From a virus (lineage: Duplodnaviria > Caudoviricetes): a DNA stretch of 64,000 nt. This document shows positions 49,459 to 58,918 of this stretch, piece by piece. The stretch's first letter is position 1; each line of letters starts with the position of its first letter. Where the stretch lies: the IMG/VR virus record IMGVR_UViG_3300032030_000040, positions 1 to 64,000 of that record. The stretch is one strand, 5' to 3'. Both the position numbers and the translations under genes were made by a program. Below the pieces are notes generated by a model, which saw nothing but the letters and a program-made list of their open reading frames with translations, was not told where the DNA came from and did not search any database.

Positions 49459-51702
49459 ATGATTGATATTCGCAGTTTGCTCAATGGAGGTTTGGATGCT
49501 TTCGGAAAAACATCTTCCGAGAGGTGGAAACTTCTTGTGCAGGCTGTGATAGAGCTTCAGAACCGTAAGTTCAGCGGAGGCTCTTCATCATCCTATTCAA
49601 ACAACAATGGCTCCGGAAGCGGCTCTGGGGACGGTTCGGGTAGTGGTGACGGTTCAACTGTCGAGAGAGCAGAAGAGGCCAATCATGCGAAAGAGGCAGA
49701 CCACGCAAAGGAAGCCGATCATGCCAAAAACGCTGATTATGCCAATAACATCAATGCAGATTCTTCTTTCTTCAAGCAATGGCTAAGAAGGGATGCAGAG
49801 GACTTCGCAGAAGAGGAAATAGGATTTCTGAAAGGTCTTTGGATAAAAGCCAAGGGGCTGTTTGGTATTGACAAGGACGGTAACGCAAAACTGAGCAGCG
49901 TCAAAGTCATCAACACCCTTAATGTGGATGGTGAGACCATCCTAAAACAGACGACCATCGGCAATTATGAGAAGGATATCTATGTAGGCATAGGTTCCAG
50001 AGAGGGAATCCGCATGAATCCAGACGGAAGCATTATCGCCCGTTCGCTGGAGCTGAGCGAATCCCTTCAGGTACCAATGATAAAATACAATTCCATCGAG
50101 GTGCTTTCTGGTACCAGATGGGACTCTGCAGGTAAGGGTCGTGTAAAGGAGGTTATCTACGTTGACGAGAACACCCACACCTGTCAGTTCGTGCTTGACC
50201 TGAACGACGGAGAGCCTGGCGAGTTCGTGGTAAACGATATCCTGAGAGGCTTCTGGCACAACATGGACGGAACGAAGAACGCAACGGCCAACACCGATGA
50301 CCATCACGGCAACATCACCCGTGCTGGCTTCATGTCTATCTACTGCCGTGTGATTGCTGTGGCCGATGTAGTGGAGCGTACCGATGACGAGGCGACTACC
50401 TATGTAGCAAAGGACGCAGGCTATAAGCCGCAGGTCGATGACGTCATTCTGGCTAACGGCCTTGTGACCGTTCAGGTACGCCAGTTCTCGACAGACCCCG
50501 AAAGGTGGTCACCATATCCTGAGAAGTGGTCAGTGCTCAGTGTCAGCGGATTCTTTGGTACCGACCATCCAGAGCGTCAGAACTTCTTCGTATATACCAC
50601 TTCATATATGGCCCGATTCCAAGGGGTCAACACATGGGAGTGGGAAGACCATACCTTCATGGGTGGCTGGGGCGACCTTACGGGCTTCACGATGATGGAA
50701 CTTGGAGAGGACGGCCAGACTGTCTATCGTAAGGAGTTCAACGGTGAGGGCTTCGTGACCAAGGACGCACACATCTACGGAATACTGGAGCAGTTCACCC
50801 GTTTCTCTGACCGCATAGAAATCATCCTGTCCCATCCCGACGGAACGATTGCAGAGGGTGAAGATGTCAAGGCTGAGTTTGCCTTGAAGACTATGGATGA
50901 CGAGCTCATCACTGGCGGCTACATGATGACGATAACAAGGCAGTCCGGCGACGCAGAGGCCGATACCCTTTGGAACGAGCGAATGGAGGGAGAATACCCA
51001 GACGGAATACCGCAGGCGCTCTACTTCCATTTTGCGGACGTTCCTGAGCACGGTGCGGTGTTCGTGGTTGTCGGGAAGCGTCAGGTGCAGACCGAGGACG
51101 GATATGACACCTATACCACTTCTGCCTCTTTCGTGCTGTCCCGTGCAGTCATTCAGGAGGACTTCAAGGGGGAATGGAACCCGAATACCACCTACACCCG
51201 TTCAGGCAGGGTCTATCCTACCGTGACGTGGGGAGGTTGCAAGTGGTATCTGGCTGCAGAGTCAAGCAAGGGTGAAGAGCCCTATCCTGGCTCATCGGTA
51301 TGGAAGATGCTCTATGGAGTCACAGACCTCGAAATCCGCTTCTTTGACTCCAACGGCTTGCGTATCACATCATCACAGCAGGTGCCAGGCAATGTTGACC
51401 TCTATCTCAATCCTCGCCTTTTCTGTGGGAACTTCGACATCACGGGGCTGCTGAATGACTCAGACTGGACGTGGGAGCGTTACAGTGGAAACTATGACGA
51501 GAAGGTTGACAGCCGTTCGGAAGAAGACAGGCAGGCAGACCAAGGGTGGCCTTCACTCCACTGGCAGGAGAGGACACCGACACGCCAGATACGCATCATG
51601 AACGAGGATATGCCGCCGATATGGGGAAGTGGTCCTGTGGTGAACTTCATCGTGACGGCTGTCTATGACGGTATCGAGATTCCGAATATAGTATCAATAT
51701 AA
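49459..51702 (+). CDS. tail/fibre-associated structural protein
   Basis: 747 aa; GS linker, (EADHAK)n repeat, FKGEWNP...VTWGGCKW module. Confidence 0.65.
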   Translation: MIDIRSLLNGGLDAFGKTSSERWKLLVQAVIELQNRKFSGGSSSSYSNNNGSGSGSGDGSGSGDGSTVERAEEANHAKEADHAKEADHAKNADYANNINADSSFFKQWLRRDAEDFAEEEIGFLKGLWIKAKGLFGIDKDGNAKLSSVKVINTLNVDGETILKQTTIGNYEKDIYVGIGSREGIRMNPDGSIIARSLELSESLQVPMIKYNSIEVLSGTRWDSAGKGRVKEVIYVDENTHTCQFVLDLNDGEPGEFVVNDILRGFWHNMDGTKNATANTDDHHGNITRAGFMSIYCRVIAVADVVERTDDEATTYVAKDAGYKPQVDDVILANGLVTVQVRQFSTDPERWSPYPEKWSVLSVSGFFGTDHPERQNFFVYTTSYMARFQGVNTWEWEDHTFMGGWGDLTGFTMMELGEDGQTVYRKEFNGEGFVTKDAHIYGILEQFTRFSDRIEIILSHPDGTIAEGEDVKAEFALKTMDDELITGGYMMTITRQSGDAEADTLWNERMEGEYPDGIPQALYFHFADVPEHGAVFVVVGKRQVQTEDGYDTYTTSASFVLSRAVIQEDFKGEWNPNTTYTRSGRVYPTVTWGGCKWYLAAESSKGEEPYPGSSVWKMLYGVTDLEIRFFDSNGLRITSSQQVPGNVDLYLNPRLFCGNFDITGLLNDSDWTWERYSGNYDEKVDSRSEEDRQADQGWPSLHWQERTPTRQIRIMNEDMPPIWGSGPVVNFIVTAVYDGIEIPNIVSI

Positions 51703-51717
51703 CCAAAGAATAAGATT

Positions 51718-52146
51718 ATGGCAAAGTTATCATTCACAAACAGTCCGCATGGATTTATCTCAGACACCTTTGAAGGTGGTGTGAGCTTGCAGTGTATCTT
51801 CGCTGGCAACGCCAAGCACGTACTGTTTCTTGAGACAAGACTTTCAAGCGAGCTGCCTTGGACGCTTCACAGAAGCATTGTCATAAAGGCGCAGCAGGTC
51901 ATTAACGTAGTGTATGCTGCAGAGGGGCAGGAGTACCGACTTCGCTGTGGCACGGAGCCCGAGTCTGTTGACACGTCGAAGCTCAAGAACACGGGAGGCG
52001 GTTCTGGCTCAGGCTCAGGTGGCGATGAGGAAATGGACTTCGAGCCAGAGGACTTTGACGGAATCGGAGAGGATGAAGCCCGTAGCATCGTCGCAGACGC
52101 AATAGCTGCTGCAGAAGGCGGCGGCTCACAGGGTGGAGAGCCCTGA
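51718..52146 (+). CDS. small structural protein
   Basis: GS linker and C-terminal PEDF..IG..EA..IVA.AIAAAE motif. Confidence 0.6.
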   Translation: MAKLSFTNSPHGFISDTFEGGVSLQCIFAGNAKHVLFLETRLSSELPWTLHRSIVIKAQQVINVVYAAEGQEYRLRCGTEPESVDTSKLKNTGGGSGSGSGGDEEMDFEPEDFDGIGEDEARSIVADAIAAAEGGGSQGGEP

Positions 52147-52220
52147 TAACGGTAGACTGAAACTGGAGCAATCCAGACAGTATATTATTCACTTTATTTA
52201 TTAACTAAATTTCAAGTTTT

Positions 52221-52883
52221 ATGACAAAAGCTGAAATTCTCGCAGCTCTGAAGCAGTTGCTGAGCAAGGCGGACTTTACCGCCGCCATGAACGACCTTGC
52301 AGTATGGGTGCAGGGCAAGTTTACAACCCTCAAAGGCCTCATTGAAGACAATGTAGTCAGTGTGACCGAAGCCGCCAACGCCACCTCTGGCAGCGTGAAG
52401 ACCTTCGACGTCCAGAACGCAAAGGGTGTGTCTCTTGGCAAGGTAGAGGTTCCCGCCGACCTGTCGGACTACGACAACACCACTTCTGACTTCCAGAGTG
52501 GCGCAGAGGTTGATGCCAAGATTGCCGCTGAGATTGGTAAGGTTTACAAGCCTGCCGGAAGTCTCGCTGCTGATGGTGTCGTATCAAGTCTGCTTGTTGC
52601 CGCTAACCTTGGCAAGGTTTACAACCTCTCTGAGGACGTGACAACCGACTCAGACTGGGTTGACGGTGCTGGTCACACAGTGAAGGCTGGTACGAACATC
52701 GTCATTGCAGAGGTTGACAACGAGGGTACTCCTGCTTACAAGTTCGATGCGCTGACCTTCGCTCTCGACCTGTCGAACTACCTGCAGCCCGAGGACTTCG
52801 AGACCATCGGTGCTACAGAGGCAAAGGCCATCGTTGCAGCAGCTATCGCAGCTGCCGAGACTCCTGCTCAGAGCGGCGACTAA
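52221..52883 (+). CDS. structural (head/tail decoration-like) protein
   Basis: Strong codon bias; VYKPAGS...GKVYN module; shares a C-terminal motif with the upstream gene. Confidence 0.6.
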   Translation: MTKAEILAALKQLLSKADFTAAMNDLAVWVQGKFTTLKGLIEDNVVSVTEAANATSGSVKTFDVQNAKGVSLGKVEVPADLSDYDNTTSDFQSGAEVDAKIAAEIGKVYKPAGSLAADGVVSSLLVAANLGKVYNLSEDVTTDSDWVDGAGHTVKAGTNIVIAEVDNEGTPAYKFDALTFALDLSNYLQPEDFETIGATEAKAIVAAAIAAAETPAQSGD

Positions 52884-52968
52884 TCTCTCGACCAAGGCAA
52901 GGTGTGGGGAACGTCCCCTGCCTTGCTTCTTATGCTTTTTCAAGTAAGGAACCGTAAAGAACAAAGAA

Positions 52969-53644
52969 ATGACAAAGGCACAATTCTCATATTTTCTGGC
53001 CTTCATTCAACTTGTCTGTCAAGAGCTCTGGAAAAGCGCCTTATCGAAGTATGCCACGAAAGCGGAGAACGCTGCTGTAAGTGACCGAATCACTCAGATA
53101 GAGGCCAACGAAGGAGCATTGATTCTGGCGGTTGACTTTGAAACAGGCTGTTTGGTACAGGTAGGCTCAGTGAACGGAACGTTCGGAGTTGACTACGAGA
53201 CGGGGTATCTGACGTTTGAACCAGCGCCGACCCAATCCCAAGAGCAAAACGAATCTGAATAAATACAAAACGCAATAGATTATGTTATACTTACAGAAGA
53301 TTTTGGCACTGAGCAAGGGAACCTATTCAGATTCCCAGACCTACGACATTCTGGACTTCGTGCAGGTAGGCCCAGCCATCTATCAGTCCAAGAAGCCAAA
53401 CAACCAAGGCCATGCGGTCACAGATACCGAATGGTGGAAACTGCACTTTGACTTGGGAGAGGCTATTGCAGCAGCTACCAATGTCAACAGTCCTCAGACG
53501 CATACCGCAGCACAGATTTCAAGACTCATGTGCATCGGTACTGACGGACAGCCTAAGAGCATCACTCCAAAGGAGTTGATAGACTATGTAATCAAGGAAC
53601 TTCTCGACTACGACCTCATAGCAAGGGATAAGCCGACAACATAA
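52969..53644 (+). CDS. two small tail-associated proteins (52969..53262, 53282..53644)
   Basis: ORFs in the tail-fibre cluster. Confidence 0.55.
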
Positions 53645-53654
53645 CGACTGACCT

Positions 53655-54833
53655 ATGAGAAAGCTCAACAACTCACAGCCGTTATCCGTTACGACCATCT
53701 ACAGGCCGCTCACCACGTCGCTGAAGATCGTGTCAATAGGGGAATTACCGACCACGCAGTTCTACTATCAGTCTGCAAGGGAGTGGTTCCCTGACCACAC
53801 GAAGAATCCAGTCTATGACGAGAACGGGCTGCAGCAGGATGGTATCTTGCGTCTCAAAGCCGACTATTTCCTTCAGGATGAGGATGACCTTCTCGACACC
53901 TCTACTATCACACCGCAAATCTACTGGTTCGTCAATGGCCAGCAGGTAAACAACCCTGATACGTCGAGGGACTATTACAATGTCGGGAACGACCTGTATG
54001 TGAAGAAGAACCTCACCCACCTTGAAGCCGCTACGATACGGTGTGACGTGGAGTTTACCGACCCACGTAACTCACAGAGAATCGTTCTCAGTGACACGCT
54101 CGTACTCAATGCCGTGCTGAAAGCCAAGGATGCCTGGCAGATAAACCTCCTTTGTGACAGGACACGCAAGCACTATCCCATCACATCTACGCAGACAGTC
54201 TATGACTTCGAGGCAGAGGTGCGTGAGGGTGCTATCCTGAGAAACAATGAGGTATCGTGGTTCTGGGACTATTCTCTTGACAACGGTAAGACGTTCAAGA
54301 CCATCAACTCTGACTGCCTGTGGTATGTAAGAGGACTGAAGACAAATAAGCTGACTGTCGATATGGACTATATTGAGAACCTGATGGTACGCTGCCGCAT
54401 CGGAAGCACCAAGACCAAGACGGCTCCAGATATGCCCAACGAGGCGACGGTCTCAATGGCGTGGAGGTGGCCAGCCCTGAAGCCAGAGGTATTCAGCTAT
54501 GGAGGAAACCGCATCTTTGCTGAGAACGCAAGTATGCGTTTCGGCTTCTTCGTCCATGTGCCCAAGCACAGCGACATGACGGAAGCCCAGAAGCAGCACT
54601 GGCTCACAACAAGCTGGGTGGTACGCAGGCAGGGAAGCACGGCGGCTCCTGTTGTGCTCAACGAGCACGGCATGGAGGTGGAAATCGCACAGCGTTTCTT
54701 GACAAATAACGCGCTGGGAAAGTTCATCCCAGACCCTCAGATTGGAGTACGTGGCGTGTATGACGTGGTGGCTTTTCATGACGGACAACTGATAGAGCTT
54801 TCCAACGGACAGACATTTGCCATACGTAAATAA
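53655..54833 (+). CDS. tail-associated Ig-like protein
   Basis: 392 aa, beta-rich; directly upstream of the DGR target. Confidence 0.6.
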   Translation: MRKLNNSQPLSVTTIYRPLTTSLKIVSIGELPTTQFYYQSAREWFPDHTKNPVYDENGLQQDGILRLKADYFLQDEDDLLDTSTITPQIYWFVNGQQVNNPDTSRDYYNVGNDLYVKKNLTHLEAATIRCDVEFTDPRNSQRIVLSDTLVLNAVLKAKDAWQINLLCDRTRKHYPITSTQTVYDFEAEVREGAILRNNEVSWFWDYSLDNGKTFKTINSDCLWYVRGLKTNKLTVDMDYIENLMVRCRIGSTKTKTAPDMPNEATVSMAWRWPALKPEVFSYGGNRIFAENASMRFGFFVHVPKHSDMTEAQKQHWLTTSWVVRRQGSTAAPVVLNEHGMEVEIAQRFLTNNALGKFIPDPQIGVRGVYDVVAFHDGQLIELSNGQTFAIRK

Positions 54834-54861
54834 AAGTATTTACCTATTAAAAAGATTTCAT

Positions 54862-56103
54862 ATGATTAAGTCAAAAACAGAACTTGCATCTGGTGAGGGG
54901 ATTTCAAAAGTCCTTTGTGTCACCAACCTCGGCAACGTCTTTGAGGCAACGCCGGAGGAACTGGGTAATGCCCAGACCCCTTCAACGGTCATCGGTGCTT
55001 TAGCCACCAATTTCACGCTGGAGGAAAACAGCAATCCAGCCTTCACGCTCAACAACCGTGGAGCTGCTGAGCTCTATCAGGCCCAGATGGGCGGTTATAT
55101 GTTCCTTATCAAGGACGGAAAGGTTTACGCTGCCAAGCTGAACAGCGGAAACTGGGACTATTTCGCAGACGGCACTCAAGTAGCAGACGCCTCGAAGTTC
55201 GAGACGATGGTGCACGTTCCTGACTGTAACTTCAAGGGTGAGGGCAAGCACCTGAATTTCGGTGGCCTCGTTCCTGTTGACGGTGGTGAGGTGTTCGATT
55301 CTCCGCACTGGGTAGGAGCATACGAGATGTATGTCGATGGAAGCAACAAGGGTCACTCACGTCCCGATGTCGCTCCTGCTCACTCTAAGACCATGAGCGC
55401 ATTTTGGAATTGCGCACAGAACCTCGGTTCTGAGTTCGGTCTGGCCAACTATGGTTTCCACTGCCTGATTAACGCTCTGTACCAGGCACGTTACGGCAAT
55501 CTCAATTCTCAGGAGACAATCGGTGCTGGATTCCAGCACTCTTCATGGGAAGCTGCCCGTGACGTTCCTATGGGTCTGCTCCGTGCTCTTGGTGACGGCT
55601 CAGGTAAGGTTCTCTTCAATAACGCAACGCTGGGCGACCAGTACCCCGTGAAGCTCTTCGGCTTCGAGGACCTGTGGGGAAAGCTCTGGGAGTTCCGTCC
55701 TGGCATCCGCTTCTACATGGACGGTGCCACACGTAAGGCTGTTGTCTATAAGGGCAATGTCGTGAGCAACACTGCTACAGGCCGTGAGTTCGAGTGTGGA
55801 TGCACTGGCTCCAGCGGTGCTTATATCCGCTCAATGGAGTGTGGCCAGTATTGGGATATGATTGCACGTAGTACCAGCGGTGCAGGTGCTTCTACCTACT
55901 ACTGTGACGGCTATTGGTTCGCTGATAGTGGAGAGCTGCTGGGCGTTGGGGGTCGCGCGAGTGCTGGCGCTCTTTGCGGTCTTGCGTGCTCGTACTCGAA
56001 TAACGACTTCTCGGACTCGAGGCCGCACATCGGCGCTCGGTTGGCCTTCTACGGAGAACCGGAAATCGTGAGCGGTGCAAAACTTGTGGCCTTGGCTGGA
56101 TAG
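54862..56103 (+). CDS. DGR target protein (C-type-lectin-fold receptor-binding/tail protein)
   Basis: FGFEDLWGKLWEF, YYCDGYW and GG...G..CGL...IGARLAF CLec-type end; contains the VR. ATG 54862 preferred. Confidence 0.9.
   Translation: MIKSKTELASGEGISKVLCVTNLGNVFEATPEELGNAQTPSTVIGALATNFTLEENSNPAFTLNNRGAAELYQAQMGGYMFLIKDGKVYAAKLNSGNWDYFADGTQVADASKFETMVHVPDCNFKGEGKHLNFGGLVPVDGGEVFDSPHWVGAYEMYVDGSNKGHSRPDVAPAHSKTMSAFWNCAQNLGSEFGLANYGFHCLINALYQARYGNLNSQETIGAGFQHSSWEAARDVPMGLLRALGDGSGKVLFNNATLGDQYPVKLFGFEDLWGKLWEFRPGIRFYMDGATRKAVVYKGNVVSNTATGREFECGCTGSSGAYIRSMECGQYWDMIARSTSGAGASTYYCDGYWFADSGELLGVGGRASAGALCGLACSYSNNDFSDSRPHIGARLAFYGEPEIVSGAKLVALAG
55933..56052 (+). repeat. DGR variable repeat (VR)
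   Basis: Gap-free 120-nt match to 56473..56592 (offset 540) with 18 differences, all opposite TR adenines. Confidence 0.97.
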
Positions 56104-56134
56104 GCCAAGAGCCAGCAAGTCGCTGAACGGAAAA

Positions 56135-56158
56135 CGGATTGGGGCGTAAGCCCCTCCG
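56135..56158 (+). other. hairpin downstream of VR (candidate DGR homing hairpin)
   Basis: CGGA-tt-GGGGC-GTAA-GCCCC-TCCG. Confidence 0.55.
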
Positions 56159-56472
56159 CTTCCTTTCAATGGGAATAATAACAAACAGAAAAAGTAACAA
56201 TTTAAAAAAGTCGCATTTGGAGAGAGAGCCGTTTCGCAGAAACATCACTTGAAGGATGCTTGAACTAAGAAGAAAACTGGGGCTGAAAAGGCTATGACAG
56301 CGGTCTGGCTTTCCAGAACACGAAGAAAGAAAAGACATTGTGCCTGCCGTTGCGTGAGGTTTTTACCTTCTACTACGTCTCGGAGGAACAGGCACATAGG
56401 GCAGACGAAAGAGAAAAGTCCCATGCTGCTTCGAGAGGCACGGGATTCTGCCCGAAAAGGCGATACATCGTG

Positions 56473-56592
56473 GAGCTGCTGAACGTTGGGGGTAACGCGA
56501 ATAATGGCGCTAATTGCGGTCTTGCGTACTCGAACTCGAATAACGACTTCTCGAACTCGAGGACGAACATCGGCGCTCGGTTGAAATTATAC
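56473..56592 (+). repeat. DGR template repeat (TR)
   Basis: A-rich copy of the VR with ten AAY codons in the target frame; lies upstream of the RT. Confidence 0.97.
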
Positions 56593-56848
56593 ACTATAAA
56601 TAAAAAGAATTACACTGTCCAACGAGAAATCCAAGGACACGCGATTGAGCCTACTCGATGGAGGGCATACAGGTAAGTCCCGACAGAGTGAACATAAAAG
56701 GCGTAGGGTATGAGGGCATGAAGCCCAACAGAGTCCCCTCACGTAAGTAAGCAATACAGTTGTACGTATATACCGAACACCTGAGAGCCGAGAAGTGTAG
56801 AAGGCCTGGCCATAGAAAGCCGATCAGCCCAAGGCAGAGAAAAGACGA

Positions 56849-58216
56849 ATGGCAGAAGTCGAACTGGCATACAAGCGCAAGGCTCGCCTGAGAGGTAAGA
56901 ACCGCAAGGTGAGAATCGAGCAGGTTTACGACATGCAGAACCTCATAGCTGCTGACCATGAAGCCCGCAAGGGGAAGCGTGGCCATAAGGGTGTGCGTGA
57001 GTTCGACAAAGACAAGGATGGTAACTTCCTGCTTCTTCAGCAGATGATTAAGGAAGGAACCTACCACACGTCGCCAGGCCATGAGTGCGTCCGCCACTGT
57101 CCCTGTGGAAAGGACAGGCTGCTGCATAAGCTGCCGTACTTCCCAGACCACATAGACCATCATGCGCTCATGCAGGTTATCATGCCAGTGCTGCTGAAGT
57201 ATTACTACTATGACTCTGCAGCCAGTATCAAGGGGAAGGGTATGCACTTTGCAGCCCGTAGGACGGAACGATGGATAGACGAGAACAAGGACGCCGGAAG
57301 GCTGTACTATGCCAAGCTGGACTTCGTGAAGTTCTACCACCTCATTAACCAGCTGCTTATCTACGAGTTCCTTTGCAGTATCTTCGGCAACAAGGGAATC
57401 CGTTACCTTCTCTGGGAGGTGGTGACGGCCTGTGAGCAAGGGCTGGGAATCGGGCTCTATCCCATCCAGCCTATCGCCAATGCCTATACTTGTCCGCTTT
57501 GCCGCCTGCTGATGCGGAAGTTCCGTGTCAGGATAGAGATATACTGTGACGATATCCTTATCATGTCACGCTGGAAGAAAGAGGTCTGGAGAGCCGTGAA
57601 TTTCGTTCAGTGGTATGCGAGGGAGGTCATGCGCCAACCTCTTCATGACAATATCGGAGTCCAGATTATCGACACCACTCGCAGGGTGGACTTCGTGGGC
57701 TATCAGTATTTCTTCTGCCACACTCTTCTTCGCAAGAAGATGAAGTGCAAGTTCAAGCAGCGCATGAGCCAGCTGAAGGACGAAATGCTCCGCTATCAGG
57801 TGGCCACATCTTACAAGGGGTGGATGATGCACTGTGACGGCTACAACCTCTGGTGTGCAGTGATGAAGATGAAGTCATTCAAAGAACTGGGAGTTCCCAC
57901 CTTTGAGAAGAAGGATGCCGACGGCAAGCGGATGCTTGAAGGTACCCGTGTGTCGATGGAGTCTCTTGAAGGCCATGAGATAGCTTTCCTTGATGTCGAG
58001 TTTGATGTAAGGTCTAAGTATGACGGCAAGAAGAACGAACCGAAATTCTCCGCTGTCGTGCAGGTTGAGGAATACGGAAAGAAGAAAAAGTTCTTCACCA
58101 ACAATCCCAAGCTGCAGGACACGCTTAGATACGTGAAAGATAACGGAATGTTCCCCTTCAAGGGTACGCTGGTGCCCATCAACAAGACGGGACTGCCCGA
58201 CTACGAGATTCAGTAA
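56849..58216 (+). CDS. DGR reverse transcriptase with C-terminal extension
   Basis: KDRLLHKLPYFPDHIDHHA, SIKGKG, KLDFVKFY, GLGIGLYPIQ, YCDD, VDFVGY. Confidence 0.95.
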   Translation: MAEVELAYKRKARLRGKNRKVRIEQVYDMQNLIAADHEARKGKRGHKGVREFDKDKDGNFLLLQQMIKEGTYHTSPGHECVRHCPCGKDRLLHKLPYFPDHIDHHALMQVIMPVLLKYYYYDSAASIKGKGMHFAARRTERWIDENKDAGRLYYAKLDFVKFYHLINQLLIYEFLCSIFGNKGIRYLLWEVVTACEQGLGIGLYPIQPIANAYTCPLCRLLMRKFRVRIEIYCDDILIMSRWKKEVWRAVNFVQWYAREVMRQPLHDNIGVQIIDTTRRVDFVGYQYFFCHTLLRKKMKCKFKQRMSQLKDEMLRYQVATSYKGWMMHCDGYNLWCAVMKMKSFKELGVPTFEKKDADGKRMLEGTRVSMESLEGHEIAFLDVEFDVRSKYDGKKNEPKFSAVVQVEEYGKKKKFFTNNPKLQDTLRYVKDNGMFPFKGTLVPINKTGLPDYEIQ

Positions 58217-58238
58217 TAACCCATAAAATTAGTTCAAG

Positions 58239-58913
58239 ATGGAAATTAAGAAAATTGAGTTCAACGAGCGTCCTTCGCTTATCGAGCAGGAAGGCTCAGT
58301 AGTCCGTATCAACTTCGACGTCGAGAAAGGTACGGTAGTAGTAAACAATGGTGCCGAGGGTGAAGAGCCAGAGACAAGGGAGATTTTCCTTGCTCACATC
58401 ATCCGTGTTCCACAGCCTCTTACCTTGGAGCATATCAAGGCAGCTCTGGAGGGCAAGGGCTTCGATGCCTACAAGTCAGAGGCCGTGGCTGCTGAGGTCA
58501 TGATGGAAACCATGAAGGGCTTCGGCAACGAAGAGAAGGCTCTGGCCTACGCTAAGCAGATGGTCATTGCGAAGATTTCCGCCTACGACAAGTCGGATGC
58601 TGTGAACCAGTTCACCTACAACGGTGTACCGATGTGGCTTGACAAGGAAATGCGTAACGGTCTTATCGCCCGTCTCAATGCTGAGAAGGCCGTGGGTAAG
58701 ACAGAGACGACGCTGTGGCTTGACATAGCTCCGTTCTCCCTCGCTATTGACGATGCGCTGTCATTGCTCACAGCTCTTGAGGTCTATGCTTCTGAGTGCT
58801 TCGACAAGACTGCAGCACACAAGTCCGTCGTAGCTAATATGGAGAGTATCGAGGACGTGCTGGCCTACGACTATACAGACGGTTATCCAAGCAACCCCGT
58901 ATTCGGTGAGTAA
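58239..58913 (+). CDS. DUF4376-like tail-fibre-associated protein
   Basis: ISAYDKSDAVNQF, MWLDKEMRNGL, LEVYASECFDKTAAHK, YDYTDGYP. Confidence 0.7.
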   Translation: MEIKKIEFNERPSLIEQEGSVVRINFDVEKGTVVVNNGAEGEEPETREIFLAHIIRVPQPLTLEHIKAALEGKGFDAYKSEAVAAEVMMETMKGFGNEEKALAYAKQMVIAKISAYDKSDAVNQFTYNGVPMWLDKEMRNGLIARLNAEKAVGKTETTLWLDIAPFSLAIDDALSLLTALEVYASECFDKTAAHKSVVANMESIEDVLAYDYTDGYPSNPVFGE

Positions 58914-58918
58914 GCCCT

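Larger units (their letters stand above)
54862..58216 (+). mobile_element. diversity-generating retroelement (target-VR, TR, RT)
   Basis: Adenine-specific VR/TR pair plus adjacent RT. Confidence 0.95.

Noticed and set aside
56338-56676. 112-aa ORF as avd or a second target gene
   Set aside because: It is the TR read in the target frame, with a TTG start and non-Avd-like flanks; TRs are commonly stop-free.
2263-57439. Long minus-strand ORFs (e.g. 2263..3117, 40117..41154, 45125..45952, 56651..57439)
   Set aside because: They are shadow frames of codon-biased + strand genes with no recognisable motifs.
56849-58216. Group II intron or retron RT
   Set aside because: The adjacent adenine-specific TR/VR pair identifies a DGR; no intron domain V or msr/msd was recognised.
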